Source of the DNA: Paracoccaceae bacterium
GTDB taxonomy: Bacteria; Pseudomonadota; Alphaproteobacteria; Rhodobacterales; Rhodobacteraceae
Assembly: GCA_003250135.1 (NCBI GenBank)
Contig: QKHF01000302.1
Location: 1-33,664 of the forward strand
Length of the DNA: 33,664 nt
Direction: 5' to 3'
The notes below the pieces were generated by a model. The model made no database searches. It was given only the letters and a program-made list of their open reading frames with translations, and was not told the origin of the DNA. Positions 7,795-18,683 of this stretch are shown here, piece by piece (the stretch's first letter is position 1; the number at the start of each line of letters is the position of its first letter). The position numbers were made by a program, and so were the translations under genes.

Positions 7795-8853
7795 GTGCCG
7801 ATCGACGTCGATTCTTTACTTGTAAGCCTCGGGGACGATGAGCCCTGCGGAGAGGATCTCGAGTACGATCTTTCATTTACTGAGCTGGAGATCGCCGCTC
7901 AGCCCAAGGAAGAGCAGCAGGTCGGAGATCAGGTCCTCGAAGGCGCCGAGCCCGAATGGGGGGACGTGAAGGAAAAGGCGCTGGCCGTGCTTCAGGAAAG
8001 CAAGGACCTGCGCGCCGCCGTCTACCTCGCCAACGCGGAACTGTTTCTCGAAGGCTTTCCAGGCTTCGCCGCGGTCCTCGAATACATGCACCGCACCCTC
8101 ACCGAGTATTGGGACCACGTCCATCCGCAGCTCGACGCGGATGACGACAACGACCCCACGATGCGCGTCAACGCGGTGGTGGGCCTGACGGATTCCGACA
8201 CCGTGCTAAGGGCCGTCCGCCGCGCCGTGCTGACGGACTCGCGCGGCTTCGGCCGGATGACCCTGCGGCACATCGAAGTCGCCAACGGCGAAAGCACCAC
8301 GCCGAGCGATATGGACGACCCGCCGGACTCGGCGCAGGTCGCAGCGGCTTTCCAGGACACGGACGAGGAAACCAAGCAGGAGATTTTCGCCGCGCTCGAC
8401 AAGTGCGTCGAGATGACCAAAGCGATCACGGGCGTGTTCGACGACAAGCTCGGCACCGGCTATGGGCCGGACCTGTCGCCGCTCGCCGACACGCTGAAAA
8501 AGATCGTGAACGCCTGCAAGCCTTACGGCGCAGGCGGCGGCGCGGCTGGCGAGGAGTTCGCTGAAGGCGGGGCCGGCGGCCCGAGCGGCGGCGGCGGACC
8601 TGCCGTGGGTCCCGGGCCAAGCGGCGGCGGCGGCGTCGGCGGCATCAACAATCCGAATGACGTGCGCAATGCGATCGACCGCATTTGCGAGTATTATGAC
8701 CGCGTGGAGCCGTCGAGCCCGGTGCCGCTTCTGCTGCAGAGGGCGCGTCGGCTTGTCGCCGCTGACTTCCTGACGATCATGAAGGATCTGGCCAGCGAAG
8801 GCGTGGAACAGGTGCGCAATGTGGGCGGCATCCAGGAAGAGGACGAAGATTGA
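7795..8853 (+). CDS. tssA: Type VI secretion protein TssA (ImpA N-terminal domain, short form)
   Basis: AGGAGG lies 7 nt upstream of GTG. ImpA_N signature: EPCGEDLEYDLSFTELE ... KDLRAAVYLANAEL. A Gly-rich linker (GAGGGAAGEE...GGGGVGG) precedes the C-terminal domain. It is the first gene of the cluster. Confidence 0.9.
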   Translation: MPIDVDSLLVSLGDDEPCGEDLEYDLSFTELEIAAQPKEEQQVGDQVLEGAEPEWGDVKEKALAVLQESKDLRAAVYLANAELFLEGFPGFAAVLEYMHRTLTEYWDHVHPQLDADDDNDPTMRVNAVVGLTDSDTVLRAVRRAVLTDSRGFGRMTLRHIEVANGESTTPSDMDDPPDSAQVAAAFQDTDEETKQEIFAALDKCVEMTKAITGVFDDKLGTGYGPDLSPLADTLKKIVNACKPYGAGGGAAGEEFAEGGAGGPSGGGGPAVGPGPSGGGGVGGINNPNDVRNAIDRICEYYDRVEPSSPVPLLLQRARRLVAADFLTIMKDLASEGVEQVRNVGGIQEEDED

Positions 8854-8951
8854 GCGTGATGACGGGTTTGGCGACCAGCCATCACTTGGGGAAGAGAACA
8901 GGGCGTAGCGCCGCTGGCTTTTGGGGGCGGCCGTCAAAATGGAGCTGAGAC

Positions 8952-9470
8952 ATGGCTGACAGCAGTCAGAAATTCATCGCGCGCAACCGCGCGCCGCGCG
9001 TGCAGATCGAATACGACGTCGAGGTCTACGGCGCCGAGAAGAAGGTGCAACTCCCCTTCGTCATGGGCGTCATGGCGGATCTCTCGGGCAAGCCCGAAAA
9101 TCCCCTGCCGGCCGTCGCCGACCGCAAGTTCCTGGAAATCGACGTCGACAATTTCGACGCCCGCATGAAGTCGATGAAGCCGCGCGCCGCGTTCACGGTC
9201 CCCAACACGCTTACCGGCGACGGCAATCTGGCGGTCGACATCACTTTCGAGAGCCTTGACGACTTCTCGCCCGCCGCCATCGCGCAGAAGGTGGAGCCGC
9301 TGAAGAAACTGTTCGACGCCCGCACCCAGCTGTCCAACCTGATGACGTATATGGACGGCAAGCAGGGCGCCGAGGACCTGTTGACCAAGATCACGCAAGA
9401 TCCCGCGGTTCTGCAGGCGCTGGCCGCTGCGCCCAAAGAGGGCGGTGACGAAGACAAGACGGAAGAGTGA
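8952..9470 (+). CDS. tssB: T6SS contractile sheath small subunit TssB (VipA/ImpB)
   Basis: RVQIEYDVEVYGAEKKVQLPFVMGVMADLSGK and FESLDDFSPAAIA are classic TssB motifs. GGAG is upstream. Confidence 0.95.
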   Translation: MADSSQKFIARNRAPRVQIEYDVEVYGAEKKVQLPFVMGVMADLSGKPENPLPAVADRKFLEIDVDNFDARMKSMKPRAAFTVPNTLTGDGNLAVDITFESLDDFSPAAIAQKVEPLKKLFDARTQLSNLMTYMDGKQGAEDLLTKITQDPAVLQALAAAPKEGGDEDKTEE

Positions 9471-9475
9471 CGAAC

Positions 9476-10963
9476 ATGGCTGAAGCTGAATCCCAAGCCG
9501 CCCAAGGCGAAGTCGCATTCGCCGAAAGCGATTTCGCGGCCCTGCTGGAAAAAGAATTCCGGCCGAAATCGGACCAGGCCAAAGAGGCTGTCGCGAGCGC
9601 GGTGCGCACGCTGGCCGAACAGGCGCTGGCCAACACCAACCTGATCAGCGACGAGGCGTTGAAGACGATCGAGTCGATGATCGCCGAGATCGACGCGAAG
9701 CTGACCGAGCAGGTGAACCTGGTTCTGCACCATCCCGATTTCCAGGCGCTGGAATCGTCGTGGCGCGGCCTGCACTTCCTCGTCAATAACACCGAGACGG
9801 ACGAGACCCTGAAGATCCGGGTGCTCAACATCTCGAAGAAGGACCTCCACAAGACGCTTCGGAAGTTCAAAGGCACGGCCTGGGACCAGAGCCCGATCTT
9901 CAAGAAGATGTACGAGGAGGAGTACGGTCAGTTTGGCGGCGAGCCCTATGGCGCGCTGGTTGGCGACTACTACTTCGACCACAGCCCGCGCGACGTCGAG
10001 ATTCTGGGCGAGATGTCCAAGGTCGCCGCCGCGGCGCACTGCCCGTTCCTGACCGGCGCCGAGCCGACGCTGTTCCAGATGGACAGCTGGCAGGAACTGG
10101 CGAACCCGCGCGATCTGACCAAGATCTTCCAGACGCCGGAATACGCCGCCTGGCGCAGCCTGCGCCAGTCGGAGGACTCGAAATATGTCGGGCTTTGCAT
10201 GCCGCGTTTCCTCGGCCGTCTGCCCTACGGCTCCAAGACCGACCCGGTCGAGGCGTTCGACTTCGAAGAGGACACCGAGGGCGCGACGAGCGACAAGTAC
10301 GGCTGGGTCAACGCCGCCTACGGCATGGCGCGCAATATCACCCGCGCGTTCAAGTCATACGGCTGGTGCACCCGCATCCGCGGCGTCGAGTCGGGCGGCG
10401 CGGTGGACAACCTGCCGACCCACACCTTCCCGTCGGACGATGGCGGCGTGGACATGAAATGCCCGACCGAGATCGCTATCTCGGACCGGCGCGAGGCGGA
10501 ACTGGCCAAAAACGGCCTGATGCCGCTGATCCACCGCAAGAACAGCGACATGGCCGCATTCATCGGCGCCCAGTCGCTTCACCAGCCGGCCGAGTATGAC
10601 GACCCGGACGCGACCGCGAACGCCAATCTCGGCGCGCGCCTGCCGTATCTGTTCGCGACCTGCCGTTTCGCCCACTATCTGAAGTGCATGGTCCGCGACA
10701 AGATCGGCTCGTTCAAGGAGCGTGACGACATGCAGGCCTGGCTGCAGAAGTGGATCGACAACTACGTCGACTACTCCGAGAACTCGCCGGAAGAAGAAAA
10801 GGCCAAAAGGCCGCTGGCGGCCGCCGAGGTCGTGGTGGAGGAGGTCGAGGGCAACCCCGGCTATTACACCTCGAAGTTCTTCCTGCGTCCGCATTACCAG
10901 CTTGAAGGGCTTTCGGTGTCCCTGCGGCTGGTCTCCAAGCTCCCGTCGCAGAAAGCGGCGTAA
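9476..10963 (+). CDS. tssC: T6SS contractile sheath large subunit TssC (VipB/ImpC)
   Basis: HHPDFQALESSWRGLHFLV, PRFLGRLPYG and the C-terminal YYTSKFFLRPHYQLEG are present. The ATG at 9476 is preferred; the track gives GTG at 9467, overlapping the tssB stop. Confidence 0.95.
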   Translation: MAEAESQAAQGEVAFAESDFAALLEKEFRPKSDQAKEAVASAVRTLAEQALANTNLISDEALKTIESMIAEIDAKLTEQVNLVLHHPDFQALESSWRGLHFLVNNTETDETLKIRVLNISKKDLHKTLRKFKGTAWDQSPIFKKMYEEEYGQFGGEPYGALVGDYYFDHSPRDVEILGEMSKVAAAAHCPFLTGAEPTLFQMDSWQELANPRDLTKIFQTPEYAAWRSLRQSEDSKYVGLCMPRFLGRLPYGSKTDPVEAFDFEEDTEGATSDKYGWVNAAYGMARNITRAFKSYGWCTRIRGVESGGAVDNLPTHTFPSDDGGVDMKCPTEIAISDRREAELAKNGLMPLIHRKNSDMAAFIGAQSLHQPAEYDDPDATANANLGARLPYLFATCRFAHYLKCMVRDKIGSFKERDDMQAWLQKWIDNYVDYSENSPEEEKAKRPLAAAEVVVEEVEGNPGYYTSKFFLRPHYQLEGLSVSLRLVSKLPSQKAA

Positions 10964-11034
10964 TCGCTATCCCGGCGTCTCCGAATTAGGGACGCCGGAC
11001 CCGACCATCAACTGTCCCACAGGGAGACCCGACT

Positions 11035-11550
11035 ATGTATGACGCGTTTTTCCATTTCACCGGCGGCGAAGTGAAAGGCGAGACCCAGGACGACGAGATG
11101 GCGAAGAAGCACGCCTTCGAAGTTCTGAGCTTCGACTTCGGCTGCGAGAACTCGATCTCGATCGGCTCGATCTCGGGCGGCGGCGGCGCCGGCAAGATGT
11201 CGTTCAAAGAACTGTCGATGACCAAGAAGTGCGACACGTCCTCGACCGCGTTCTTTGAGAAACTCTGCCTGGGCACCCACTTCGACGAAGGCAACCTGTC
11301 GATCCGGCGCGCCGGCGGCACGACCGACTCGGTCGGCAAGACCTTCTTCCTCTTCAAGTTCAAGTTCATGATGGTTCAGGACATCGCCTGGTCCGGTTCG
11401 GAAGGTGACGAGATCTTCACCGAGACCATCATCATGAAGTTCGGCGCGTGCGAGATGGAGTACACGCCGCAGCTCGCCACCGGCAAGGACGGCACCAAGC
11501 AGGTCAGCCGCTTCAGCGCGACCAAGAACAAGAACAAGTACGAGGTCTGA
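11035..11550 (+). CDS. hcp: Hcp (TssD) tube protein
   Basis: 171 aa starting MYDAFFHFTGGEVKGETQD. KHAFEVLSFDFG and FKFKFMMVQDIAWSG are typical of the Hcp1 family. Position after tssC fits. Confidence 0.93.
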   Translation: MYDAFFHFTGGEVKGETQDDEMAKKHAFEVLSFDFGCENSISIGSISGGGGAGKMSFKELSMTKKCDTSSTAFFEKLCLGTHFDEGNLSIRRAGGTTDSVGKTFFLFKFKFMMVQDIAWSGSEGDEIFTETIIMKFGACEMEYTPQLATGKDGTKQVSRFSATKNKNKYEV

Positions 11551-11616
11551 CCTTCGTGCTTGCGCCGTGGCCGCTCCGCGGCCCGGCATACGACACGCGT
11601 CCGGCCCCCCGGCAAG

Positions 11617-11633
11617 CCCCCGCCTCGCGGGGG
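11617..11633 (+). terminator. GC-rich hairpin downstream of hcp (possible attenuator or mRNA stabiliser)
   Basis: CCCCCGC-ctc-GCGGGGG is a 7-bp all-GC stem. A second hairpin, GGCCGC-tcc-GCGGCC, lies at about 11569-11583. There is no U-tract, so this is not a canonical intrinsic terminator. Confidence 0.3.
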
Positions 11634-11683
11634 TCGGACGTCCCAACGCCCTCCCAACCGCTATTTGAGGTCGCATCGCCGCC

Positions 11684-12496
11684 ATGCTCGCAGAAGACAA
11701 ACTGAAGGCCGGCGACCTGCCCGGCGCCAAGGCGGCGCTGCAGGATGCGGTGCGCAAGGACCCGTCCAACGCCCATCTGCGCGTATTCCTGTTCCAGCTC
11801 CTCGCCGTCCTGGGCGAGTGGGAGCGTGCGGTGGCGCAGTTGAAGGTGTCTGCCGAACTCGCGGCGGAGGCCGAGCCGATGGCCCGCGCCTATCGCGAGG
11901 CGATCATCTGCGAGGTCTTCCGCGCGAAAGTGTTCGCCGGAGAGAAGGAACCCCTGCTGTTCGGCGAGCCCGCCGAGTGGATGGCGCTTCTGGTCGAGGC
12001 TGCCAAGTGCGTCAACACCGGTCAGCCAGAGGCGGCGGTCGCGCTGCGCGATAAGGCGTTCGGCATGGCGCCGACCCTGTCGGGAGAGATCGACGGCCAG
12101 CGCTTCGAGTGGATCGCCGACGCCGACATGCGCTTCGGCCCGCTTCTGGAGATCGTGATCAACGGGCGTTATTTCTGGGCGCCCTTCACCGCCTTCTCCT
12201 CGATCCAGTTCGACGAGCCGAAGGACTTGCGCGACAGCGTCTGGACGCCGGCGCAGGTGAAGTCCGCAAGCGGCGGCGAAGTGGTCGCCTTCATCCCCAC
12301 GCGCTATCCCGGCGCCGAGCGAGAGGAAGACGACAAGCTGCGCCTCGCCCGCTCGACCGAGTGGGTCGATGTGGGGGCCGATACCTGGATCGGGCGCGGT
12401 CAGCGCATGTTCGCCACCGATTTCGGCGACGTGCCGATCATGGACGCGCGCCGGATCACCTTCGATCCGCCCAAGACAGAGGGCGACGATGGCTGA
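11684..12496 (+). CDS. tagJ: T6SS accessory protein TagJ (ImpE family)
   Basis: TPR-like N-terminus (AKAALQDAVRKDPSNAHLRVFLFQLL) and an ImpE C-terminal region (INGRYFWAPFTAFSSIQFDEPKDLRDSVW). Same position as tagJ1 in the P. aeruginosa H1 cluster. Confidence 0.88.
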   Translation: MLAEDKLKAGDLPGAKAALQDAVRKDPSNAHLRVFLFQLLAVLGEWERAVAQLKVSAELAAEAEPMARAYREAIICEVFRAKVFAGEKEPLLFGEPAEWMALLVEAAKCVNTGQPEAAVALRDKAFGMAPTLSGEIDGQRFEWIADADMRFGPLLEIVINGRYFWAPFTAFSSIQFDEPKDLRDSVWTPAQVKSASGGEVVAFIPTRYPGAEREEDDKLRLARSTEWVDVGADTWIGRGQRMFATDFGDVPIMDARRITFDPPKTEGDDG

Positions 12497-12986
12497 CCAG
12501 CAGCTTTACGAGCGCCTCCAGCCGTCGCTGCTCGACCGGCTGACGGATGAAGACCCCACGAACATGAAGGAAACGCGCGCCCATCGCGTAATCGACCTGG
12601 AAAAGCTGCGGCAGATCGTGCGGCGCGACCTCGCCTGGCTGCTCAACACCACGAATTTCGCCGCCGGCCAGGATCTGGAGCGTTTCCCGAACGTCGCCAA
12701 GTCGGTGCTCAATTACGGCATCCCGGACACCGCCGGGCAGCGCATCACGGATTTGCGCGACCGCAGCATCGAGCAGTTGCTGAAAAAGACGATCCAGAAC
12801 TTCGAGCCGCGGATCATGCCGAACACGCTGAAAGTCTCCTACTCCGAGAACACCGATCGCGACCAGACCGCCGTAATCGCTTTCGACGTGCGCGGGCAGC
12901 TTTGGGCGCAGCCGGTTCCGCTGGAGCTCTTCATCCGCTCCGAGGTCGACGTGACCTCGGGCGAGGTGAAGATCGTCGACGGCTGA
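12489..12986 (+). CDS. tssE: T6SS baseplate subunit TssE (gp25-like)
   Basis: ATG at 12489 overlaps the tagJ stop by 8 nt. LQPSLLDRLTDEDP and DLAWLLNT are typical TssE/GPW_gp25 motifs. Confidence 0.92.
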   Translation: MADQQLYERLQPSLLDRLTDEDPTNMKETRAHRVIDLEKLRQIVRRDLAWLLNTTNFAAGQDLERFPNVAKSVLNYGIPDTAGQRITDLRDRSIEQLLKKTIQNFEPRIMPNTLKVSYSENTDRDQTAVIAFDVRGQLWAQPVPLELFIRSEVDVTSGEVKIVDG

Positions 12987-13005
12987 CGGCGGGGGAGCGC
13001 CGCCG

Positions 13006-14889
13006 ATGGACCAACGCCTTCTGAAGCACCTGGAAGACGAGCTCGTCTACATCCGCGAGATGGGGGCCGAGTTCGCCCAATCCTATCCGAAGATCGCCTC
13101 GAGGCTGGGACTCGAGGGCATCGAATGCCTCGACCCGTATGTCGAGCGCCTGCTGGAGGGGTTCGCCTTCCTGTCGGCGCGCGTGCATCTGGAGCTGGAG
13201 CAGCAGTTCCCCGTCTTCACCCAGCACCTGCTTGAAATCATCTATCCCCACTACCTTTCGCCGATCCCGGCGATGGTCGTGGCCGAGTTCACGCCCGACA
13301 AGGCGCAGAGCAGCTTCGTCGATGGTCACAAGCTGCCGCGCGGCACGGTCATGCGCACGCCGCTGAAAGAGGGCGACCGCATTCCCTGCGAGTTCCGCCT
13401 GGCGCAGGATGTCACCTTCTGGCCGCTGCAGGTGCTGGACGCGGAGTATATCTCGGGCCGCGGCGCGGTGGTGGCCGCGGGCGTCGGCGAGGATGAGCGC
13501 GCGACGGCGGCGATCCGCATCCGCCTGGGCCGGGTCGGCGACGGAAACCTGTCGGAGATCAAGTGCGACCAGCTCGACCTTCTGGTGCACGGGTCCGAGC
13601 CCGCGCGCTGGCGCCTGCACGAGCAGATCGCCGGGTTCGGACTGGGCGTCATCGGCCGCTCGACCGACCGACGCAAGGACTGGAAGGTCTCGGCCAAGAA
13701 GCCCGCGATCGAAGACGTCGGCTATGATCCGGGCGAGGCCCTGCTGCCCTATCCCGGCGAGTCCTTCGACGGCTACCGCCTGCTGCAGGAATACTTCGCG
13801 ATCCCCGAGCGGTTTCTGTTCGTCCGCCTCTCAAATCTTCGGCGGATCTTCAAGAAGGCCGAGGGCAAGGAAGTCGACATCTTCATCCCGGTCTCGGACA
13901 ACCGGCCCGATCTGCGCCACTCGCTGGATGCGGACTGCTTCCGCCTGTTCACCGCGCCGGCGGTCAACCTGTTTCCCAAGCGCTGCGACCGCATCCACCT
14001 CAGCGGGCTGGACAACGAGCATCACGTCGTGCCCGACCGCACCGCGCCGATGGATTTCGAGGTCTACCGGATCACCAAGGTCACCGGCATCGGCGCCGAG
14101 GGGAAGGAGGACGTGCGGTTCCGCCCCTTCTACTCCACCGACGACCTGACTGCGGCGGGCGAGATCCATCCCGCCTACTACACCGTCAAGCGCCGGCCCC
14201 GCGTGCGGTCCGAGAAACAACGCCTGAAGGGCGCGCGCACCAACTATCTGGGCGGCGAGTGCTTCCTGTCGCTGGTCGACCGCTCGCAGGCCCCCTACTC
14301 CGAGTCGCTGAAGCAGCTGGCGGTGGAGTGCCTGGCCACCAATCGCGACCTGCCGATGCTGCTGGCCACGGGCACGGGCGACACCGATTTTCTGCTGCCC
14401 GAAGGCGGCCCGGTGAAGCAGATCCGCGCCATACACGGGCCGACCAAGCCGCGGCCCAGCCTCGCCTTCGACGGCGGCGCCGCCTGGCGGCTGATCAGCC
14501 ATCTCAGCCTCAACTACCTGTCGCTGACCGACAACGACGCCGAGCACGGCGCAGCCGCGTTGCGCGAGCTTCTGGCGATCTACGCCCCGATCGGCGGCTC
14601 GGCGGCGGGCAAGCAGCTTGAAGGCGTGCGCTCGGTCTCCACCCGCCCCATCGTGCGGCGGATTCGGGACAAGGCGCTGTCCACCGCCGTGCGCGGGCGC
14701 GAGGTGACGGTCACCTTCGACGAAAGCTTCTTCACCGGATCAAGCGCGTTTCTTCTGGGCGCGGTGCTCGACCGGTTCTTCGCCAAATACGTTTCGCTCA
14801 ACAGCTTCACCGAAACGGTGGTCCGGGATCAGCAGAGAGGGGAGATTTCGCGATGGCCAGCGCGGACCGGCCTTCGACAACTGCTCTGA
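13006..14889 (+). CDS. tssF: T6SS baseplate subunit TssF (ImpG/VasA)
   Basis: N-terminus LLKHLEDELVYIREMGAEFAQSYPKIASRL is the TssF hallmark. 627 aa. Confidence 0.95.
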   Translation: MDQRLLKHLEDELVYIREMGAEFAQSYPKIASRLGLEGIECLDPYVERLLEGFAFLSARVHLELEQQFPVFTQHLLEIIYPHYLSPIPAMVVAEFTPDKAQSSFVDGHKLPRGTVMRTPLKEGDRIPCEFRLAQDVTFWPLQVLDAEYISGRGAVVAAGVGEDERATAAIRIRLGRVGDGNLSEIKCDQLDLLVHGSEPARWRLHEQIAGFGLGVIGRSTDRRKDWKVSAKKPAIEDVGYDPGEALLPYPGESFDGYRLLQEYFAIPERFLFVRLSNLRRIFKKAEGKEVDIFIPVSDNRPDLRHSLDADCFRLFTAPAVNLFPKRCDRIHLSGLDNEHHVVPDRTAPMDFEVYRITKVTGIGAEGKEDVRFRPFYSTDDLTAAGEIHPAYYTVKRRPRVRSEKQRLKGARTNYLGGECFLSLVDRSQAPYSESLKQLAVECLATNRDLPMLLATGTGDTDFLLPEGGPVKQIRAIHGPTKPRPSLAFDGGAAWRLISHLSLNYLSLTDNDAEHGAAALRELLAIYAPIGGSAAGKQLEGVRSVSTRPIVRRIRDKALSTAVRGREVTVTFDESFFTGSSAFLLGAVLDRFFAKYVSLNSFTETVVRDQQRGEISRWPARTGLRQLL

Positions 14890-15893
14890 GCCGCCTCAAG
14901 GCGCTTGCGGCCGATCCCACCCGCTTCAACTTTCAGCGGGCGATGCGGATTTTGGACGCCGCGTTTCCGGGCCGTCCGCGCCTTGGCGAATCGAAGCGCC
15001 CAAAAGAGGACGCCGTGCGGCTGGGGCAGGAGGTCTCTCTGGCCTTTCCGACCTCCACCATCGCCGCGTTCAAGGAGGGGGAAGAGGGCAAGCCGGCCCG
15101 GCTGACCACCCGCTTCTTCGGCGTGTTCGGGCCCAATGGCCCGCTGCCCCTGCACCTGACCGAATACGCCCGCGAGCGTCAGCGCCATCACCGGGACGAC
15201 ACGCTGATCGCGTTCACGAACATCTTTCATCATCGGTTCCTGAGCCTTTTCTGGCGGGCCTGGTCCGCAGCCGACCCCGCCGCCTCGTTCGACCGGCCGG
15301 ATTCAGACCATTTCTCGGACGACGTCGCGGCGATCGCCGGGTACCGGGGCCAGGCGCTCGCGAACCGGGATGAGATGCCCGATCTGGCCAAGCGGCGTTT
15401 CGCCGGGCGGCTGGCGCACCACACGCGCAGCGAGGACGGGCTGCTGGCCATCGTGTCCTCGTTCTTCAACGCGCCGGTGGAGATTCAACCGTTCATCGGA
15501 TCGTGGCTGCGGCTGGAGCCGGAGGAGCACTGGCGGCTGGGAGATCGCGGAGTGAACGCGCGGCTGGGCCAGTCCACCAGTCTGGGCGCGCGGGTCTGGA
15601 CGCGGCAGGACAAGTTCCGCATTCGCATCGGCCCCATGAGCGTGGAAGAATACGAACGCCTTTTGCCGGGCGGCGACAGCCTGAAACGACTGGTCGCCAT
15701 CGTGCGAAACTATATCGGCGACGAACTGGACTGGGACGTAAATCTGGTCCTGAAAGAGATCGAGACGCCGCCCGCGCAGCTGGGCAAGGCCGGGCAGCTG
15801 GGCTGGACCACATGGATCGGCCAGCGACAGAAGCAGGACGCGTATGACCTGTATCTGTCGCCGCTGACCTCAGACAAAGTGACATACGGGTAG
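14853..15893 (+). CDS. tssG: T6SS baseplate subunit TssG (ImpH/VasB)
   Basis: FNFQRAMRILD near the N-terminus. 346 aa. Overlaps the tssF end by 37 nt. Confidence 0.92.
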   Translation: MASADRPSTTALSRLKALAADPTRFNFQRAMRILDAAFPGRPRLGESKRPKEDAVRLGQEVSLAFPTSTIAAFKEGEEGKPARLTTRFFGVFGPNGPLPLHLTEYARERQRHHRDDTLIAFTNIFHHRFLSLFWRAWSAADPAASFDRPDSDHFSDDVAAIAGYRGQALANRDEMPDLAKRRFAGRLAHHTRSEDGLLAIVSSFFNAPVEIQPFIGSWLRLEPEEHWRLGDRGVNARLGQSTSLGARVWTRQDKFRIRIGPMSVEEYERLLPGGDSLKRLVAIVRNYIGDELDWDVNLVLKEIETPPAQLGKAGQLGWTTWIGQRQKQDAYDLYLSPLTSDKVTYG

Positions 15894-15920
15894 GCCGAAC
15901 GAGGCCGCAGGGAGAGAGAT

Positions 15921-18623
15921 ATGGCGGAAATCAGCAGAGTCGCGCTGTTCGGAAAGCTCAACAAGCTGGGCTATCAGGCGATCGAGGGGGCGACCGTGTT
16001 CTGCAAGATGCGGGGCAACCCCTATGTGGAGCTGGTGCACTGGCTGCAGCAGATCCTGCAGATGCAGGATAGCGACCTGATGCGGATCGTGCAGCACTTC
16101 GACCTGAACCCGTCGAAACTGGCCAAGGACGTGACCGAGTCGCTGGACCGGCTGCCGCGCGGTGCGACATCGATCTCCGATCTCTCCACCCATATTCAGG
16201 AAGCGGTGGAGCAAGGCTGGATCTACGCCAGCCTGTTGTATAATTCGAACCACATCCGCACCGGCCACCTGATGATCGGCCTGGTGAAGACGCCGTCTCT
16301 GAAGAACGCGCTCTACGCGATTTCCGGCGAATTCAAGAAGGTCAAGGCGGACGAGCTGTCCGACAATTTCGAGGACATCCTGGGCGATTCCGTCGAAGCG
16401 CGGCTGTCGCCGACGGACGGGTCCCAGGTTGGCGGCGGCGCCGTGCCGGGCGAGGCCTCGGGCGCGATGTCGCCGGCGCAGATGGGCAAGGAGGAGGCGC
16501 TGCAGCAGTTCTGCGTCGACCTCACCGAGAAGGCGCGCGAGGGCGATATCGACAATATCGTCGGCCGGGATGAGGAGATCCGCCAGATCGTCGACATCCT
16601 GATGCGGCGGCGGCAGAACAACCCGATCCTGACCGGCGAGGCGGGCGTGGGCAAGACGGCCGTCGTGGAGGGCTTCGCGCTGAGGATCGCCCGCGGCGAC
16701 GTGCCCCCCAGCCTGGCCGACGCGCGACTCCTGATGCTGGATGTGGGCCTGTTGCAGGCCGGCGCCTCGATGAAGGGCGAGTTTGAGAACCGCCTGCGCG
16801 CCGTGATCGACGAAGTTCAGGCGAGCGCCACCCCGATCATCCTGTTCGTGGATGAGACGCACACCCTGGTCGGCGCCGGCGGTCAGGCCGGCACCGGCGA
16901 CGCGGCCAACCTGCTGAAACCGGCCCTCGCCCGTGGCACGCTGCGCACCATCGGCGCGACGACCTGGGCCGAGTACAAGAAATACATCGAGAAGGACCCG
17001 GCGCTGACCCGCCGCTTCCAGGTGGTCAAGGTCGATGAGCCGGGCGAGGAGAAGGCGATCCTGATGATGCGCGGCATCGCCGGGATGCTGGAGAAGCACC
17101 ACAAGGTGCAGATCCTCGACGAAGCGCTGGACGCCGCCGTGCGCCTGTCGCACCGCTACATCCCCGCGCGCCAGCTGCCGGACAAGTCGGTCAGCCTGAT
17201 CGACACCGCCTGCGCCCGCGTCGCGATCAGCCAGCATGCGGTGCCGGCCGAGGTGGACGATTGCCGCCGCCGCATCCAGGCGCTGGAGACGGAGCTGGAG
17301 ATCATCGAGCGCGAGGAAAGCGCCGGCTACGACGTGGTCGAGCGCCGCGCGCAGGCCCAGACCCTGCTGGACGAGGAGAAGGAGCGCCTCGAAGGGCTGG
17401 AGGCGCGCTGGGCCGGCGAGAAGGAGATCGTGGAGAAGATCCTCGAAATCCGCGGCAAGCTGAGGAAGGGCGGCGCCTCGGTGGACGAGCCGGGCGCGGC
17501 CGAGGACACCGAGCATTCCGAGCTTTCGGAGGACGAGCGCGCGGCGCTGCTTGTGGAGTTGAAGGAGACGCAAGAGAAGCTGCACGAGGTGCAGGGCGAG
17601 ACGCCGCTGATCCTGCCCATCGTCGACGCGCAAGCCGTGGCGACCGTGGTCGGCGACTGGACTGGCATCCCGGTCGGCCGGATGATGAAGGACGAGATCT
17701 CGACAGTGCTCAGCCTTGCGGATCACCTGAACAAGCGGGTGATCGGGCAAGACCACGCGATGCACATGATCGCCAAGCGCATCCAGACCTCGCGCGCCGG
17801 GCTCGACAACCCGAACAAGCCGATCGGCGTGTTCATGCTCGCCGGCCCCTCGGGCGTCGGCAAGACCGAGACAGCGCTGGCGCTGGCCGAGGCGCTCTAT
17901 GGCGGCGAGCAGAACGTCGTCACCATCAACATGTCCGAGTATCAGGAGGCGCACACCGTCTCCTCGCTGAAAGGCGCGCCTCCGGGCTATGTCGGCTATG
18001 GCGAGGGCGGCGTTCTGACCGAGGCGGTGCGCCGCAAGCCCTACTCCGTCGTCCTTCTGGACGAGGTGGAGAAGGCGCACCCGGATGTGCACGAGATCTT
18101 CTTCCAGGTGTTCGACAAGGGCATCATGGAGGACGGCGAAGGCCGCCTGATCGATTTCAAGAACACGCTGATCCTGCTGACCTCGAACGTGGGTTCGGAG
18201 CTGATCATGGACATGTGCTCGGACCCCGAGTTGCTGCCTGAGCCGGAGGGAATCGCCAAGGCGCTGCGCGAGCCGCTGCTGAAAGTATTCCCGGCGGCGC
18301 TTCTGGGCCGGATCGTAACCATTCCTTACTACCCGCTCAGCGATCACATGATCGGCGAGATCTCCAAGCTGCAGCTTGGCCGCATCGTCAAACGCATCAA
18401 GGCCAATTACGGCATTCCGCTGACCTATGACGACTCGGTGATTCAGACCATTATCGACCGCTGTCAGGAACTGGAGTCCGGCGGGCGCATGATCGACGCC
18501 ATCCTGACCAACACCATGCTGCCCGCGATCTCGACCGAGTTCCTGCGCCGGACCATGGAGGGCGAGCCGATCGAGAAGGTCAACGTCACGATCAAGGACG
18601 GGGAATTCGCCTACGAATTCTGA
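15921..18623 (+). CDS. clpV: T6SS AAA+ ATPase ClpV (TssH)
   Basis: Clp N-domain, two Walker A motifs ([16 protein letters not shown]) and a coiled-coil middle domain. 900 aa. Confidence 0.96.
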   Translation: MAEISRVALFGKLNKLGYQAIEGATVFCKMRGNPYVELVHWLQQILQMQDSDLMRIVQHFDLNPSKLAKDVTESLDRLPRGATSISDLSTHIQEAVEQGWIYASLLYNSNHIRTGHLMIGLVKTPSLKNALYAISGEFKKVKADELSDNFEDILGDSVEARLSPTDGSQVGGGAVPGEASGAMSPAQMGKEEALQQFCVDLTEKAREGDIDNIVGRDEEIRQIVDILMRRRQNNPILTGEAGVGKTAVVEGFALRIARGDVPPSLADARLLMLDVGLLQAGASMKGEFENRLRAVIDEVQASATPIILFVDETHTLVGAGGQAGTGDAANLLKPALARGTLRTIGATTWAEYKKYIEKDPALTRRFQVVKVDEPGEEKAILMMRGIAGMLEKHHKVQILDEALDAAVRLSHRYIPARQLPDKSVSLIDTACARVAISQHAVPAEVDDCRRRIQALETELEIIEREESAGYDVVERRAQAQTLLDEEKERLEGLEARWAGEKEIVEKILEIRGKLRKGGASVDEPGAAEDTEHSELSEDERAALLVELKETQEKLHEVQGETPLILPIVDAQAVATVVGDWTGIPVGRMMKDEISTVLSLADHLNKRVIGQDHAMHMIAKRIQTSRAGLDNPNKPIGVFMLAGPSGVGKTETALALAEALYGGEQNVVTINMSEYQEAHTVSSLKGAPPGYVGYGEGGVLTEAVRRKPYSVVLLDEVEKAHPDVHEIFFQVFDKGIMEDGEGRLIDFKNTLILLTSNVGSELIMDMCSDPELLPEPEGIAKALREPLLKVFPAALLGRIVTIPYYPLSDHMIGEISKLQLGRIVKRIKANYGIPLTYDDSVIQTIIDRCQELESGGRMIDAILTNTMLPAISTEFLRRTMEGEPIEKVNVTIKDGEFAYEF

Positions 18624-18683
18624 GCGGCGCTTCAATTTGGCGCCGCCGCAGGGCGCCGCCTCGACCGACAGGGAGGATGACCA

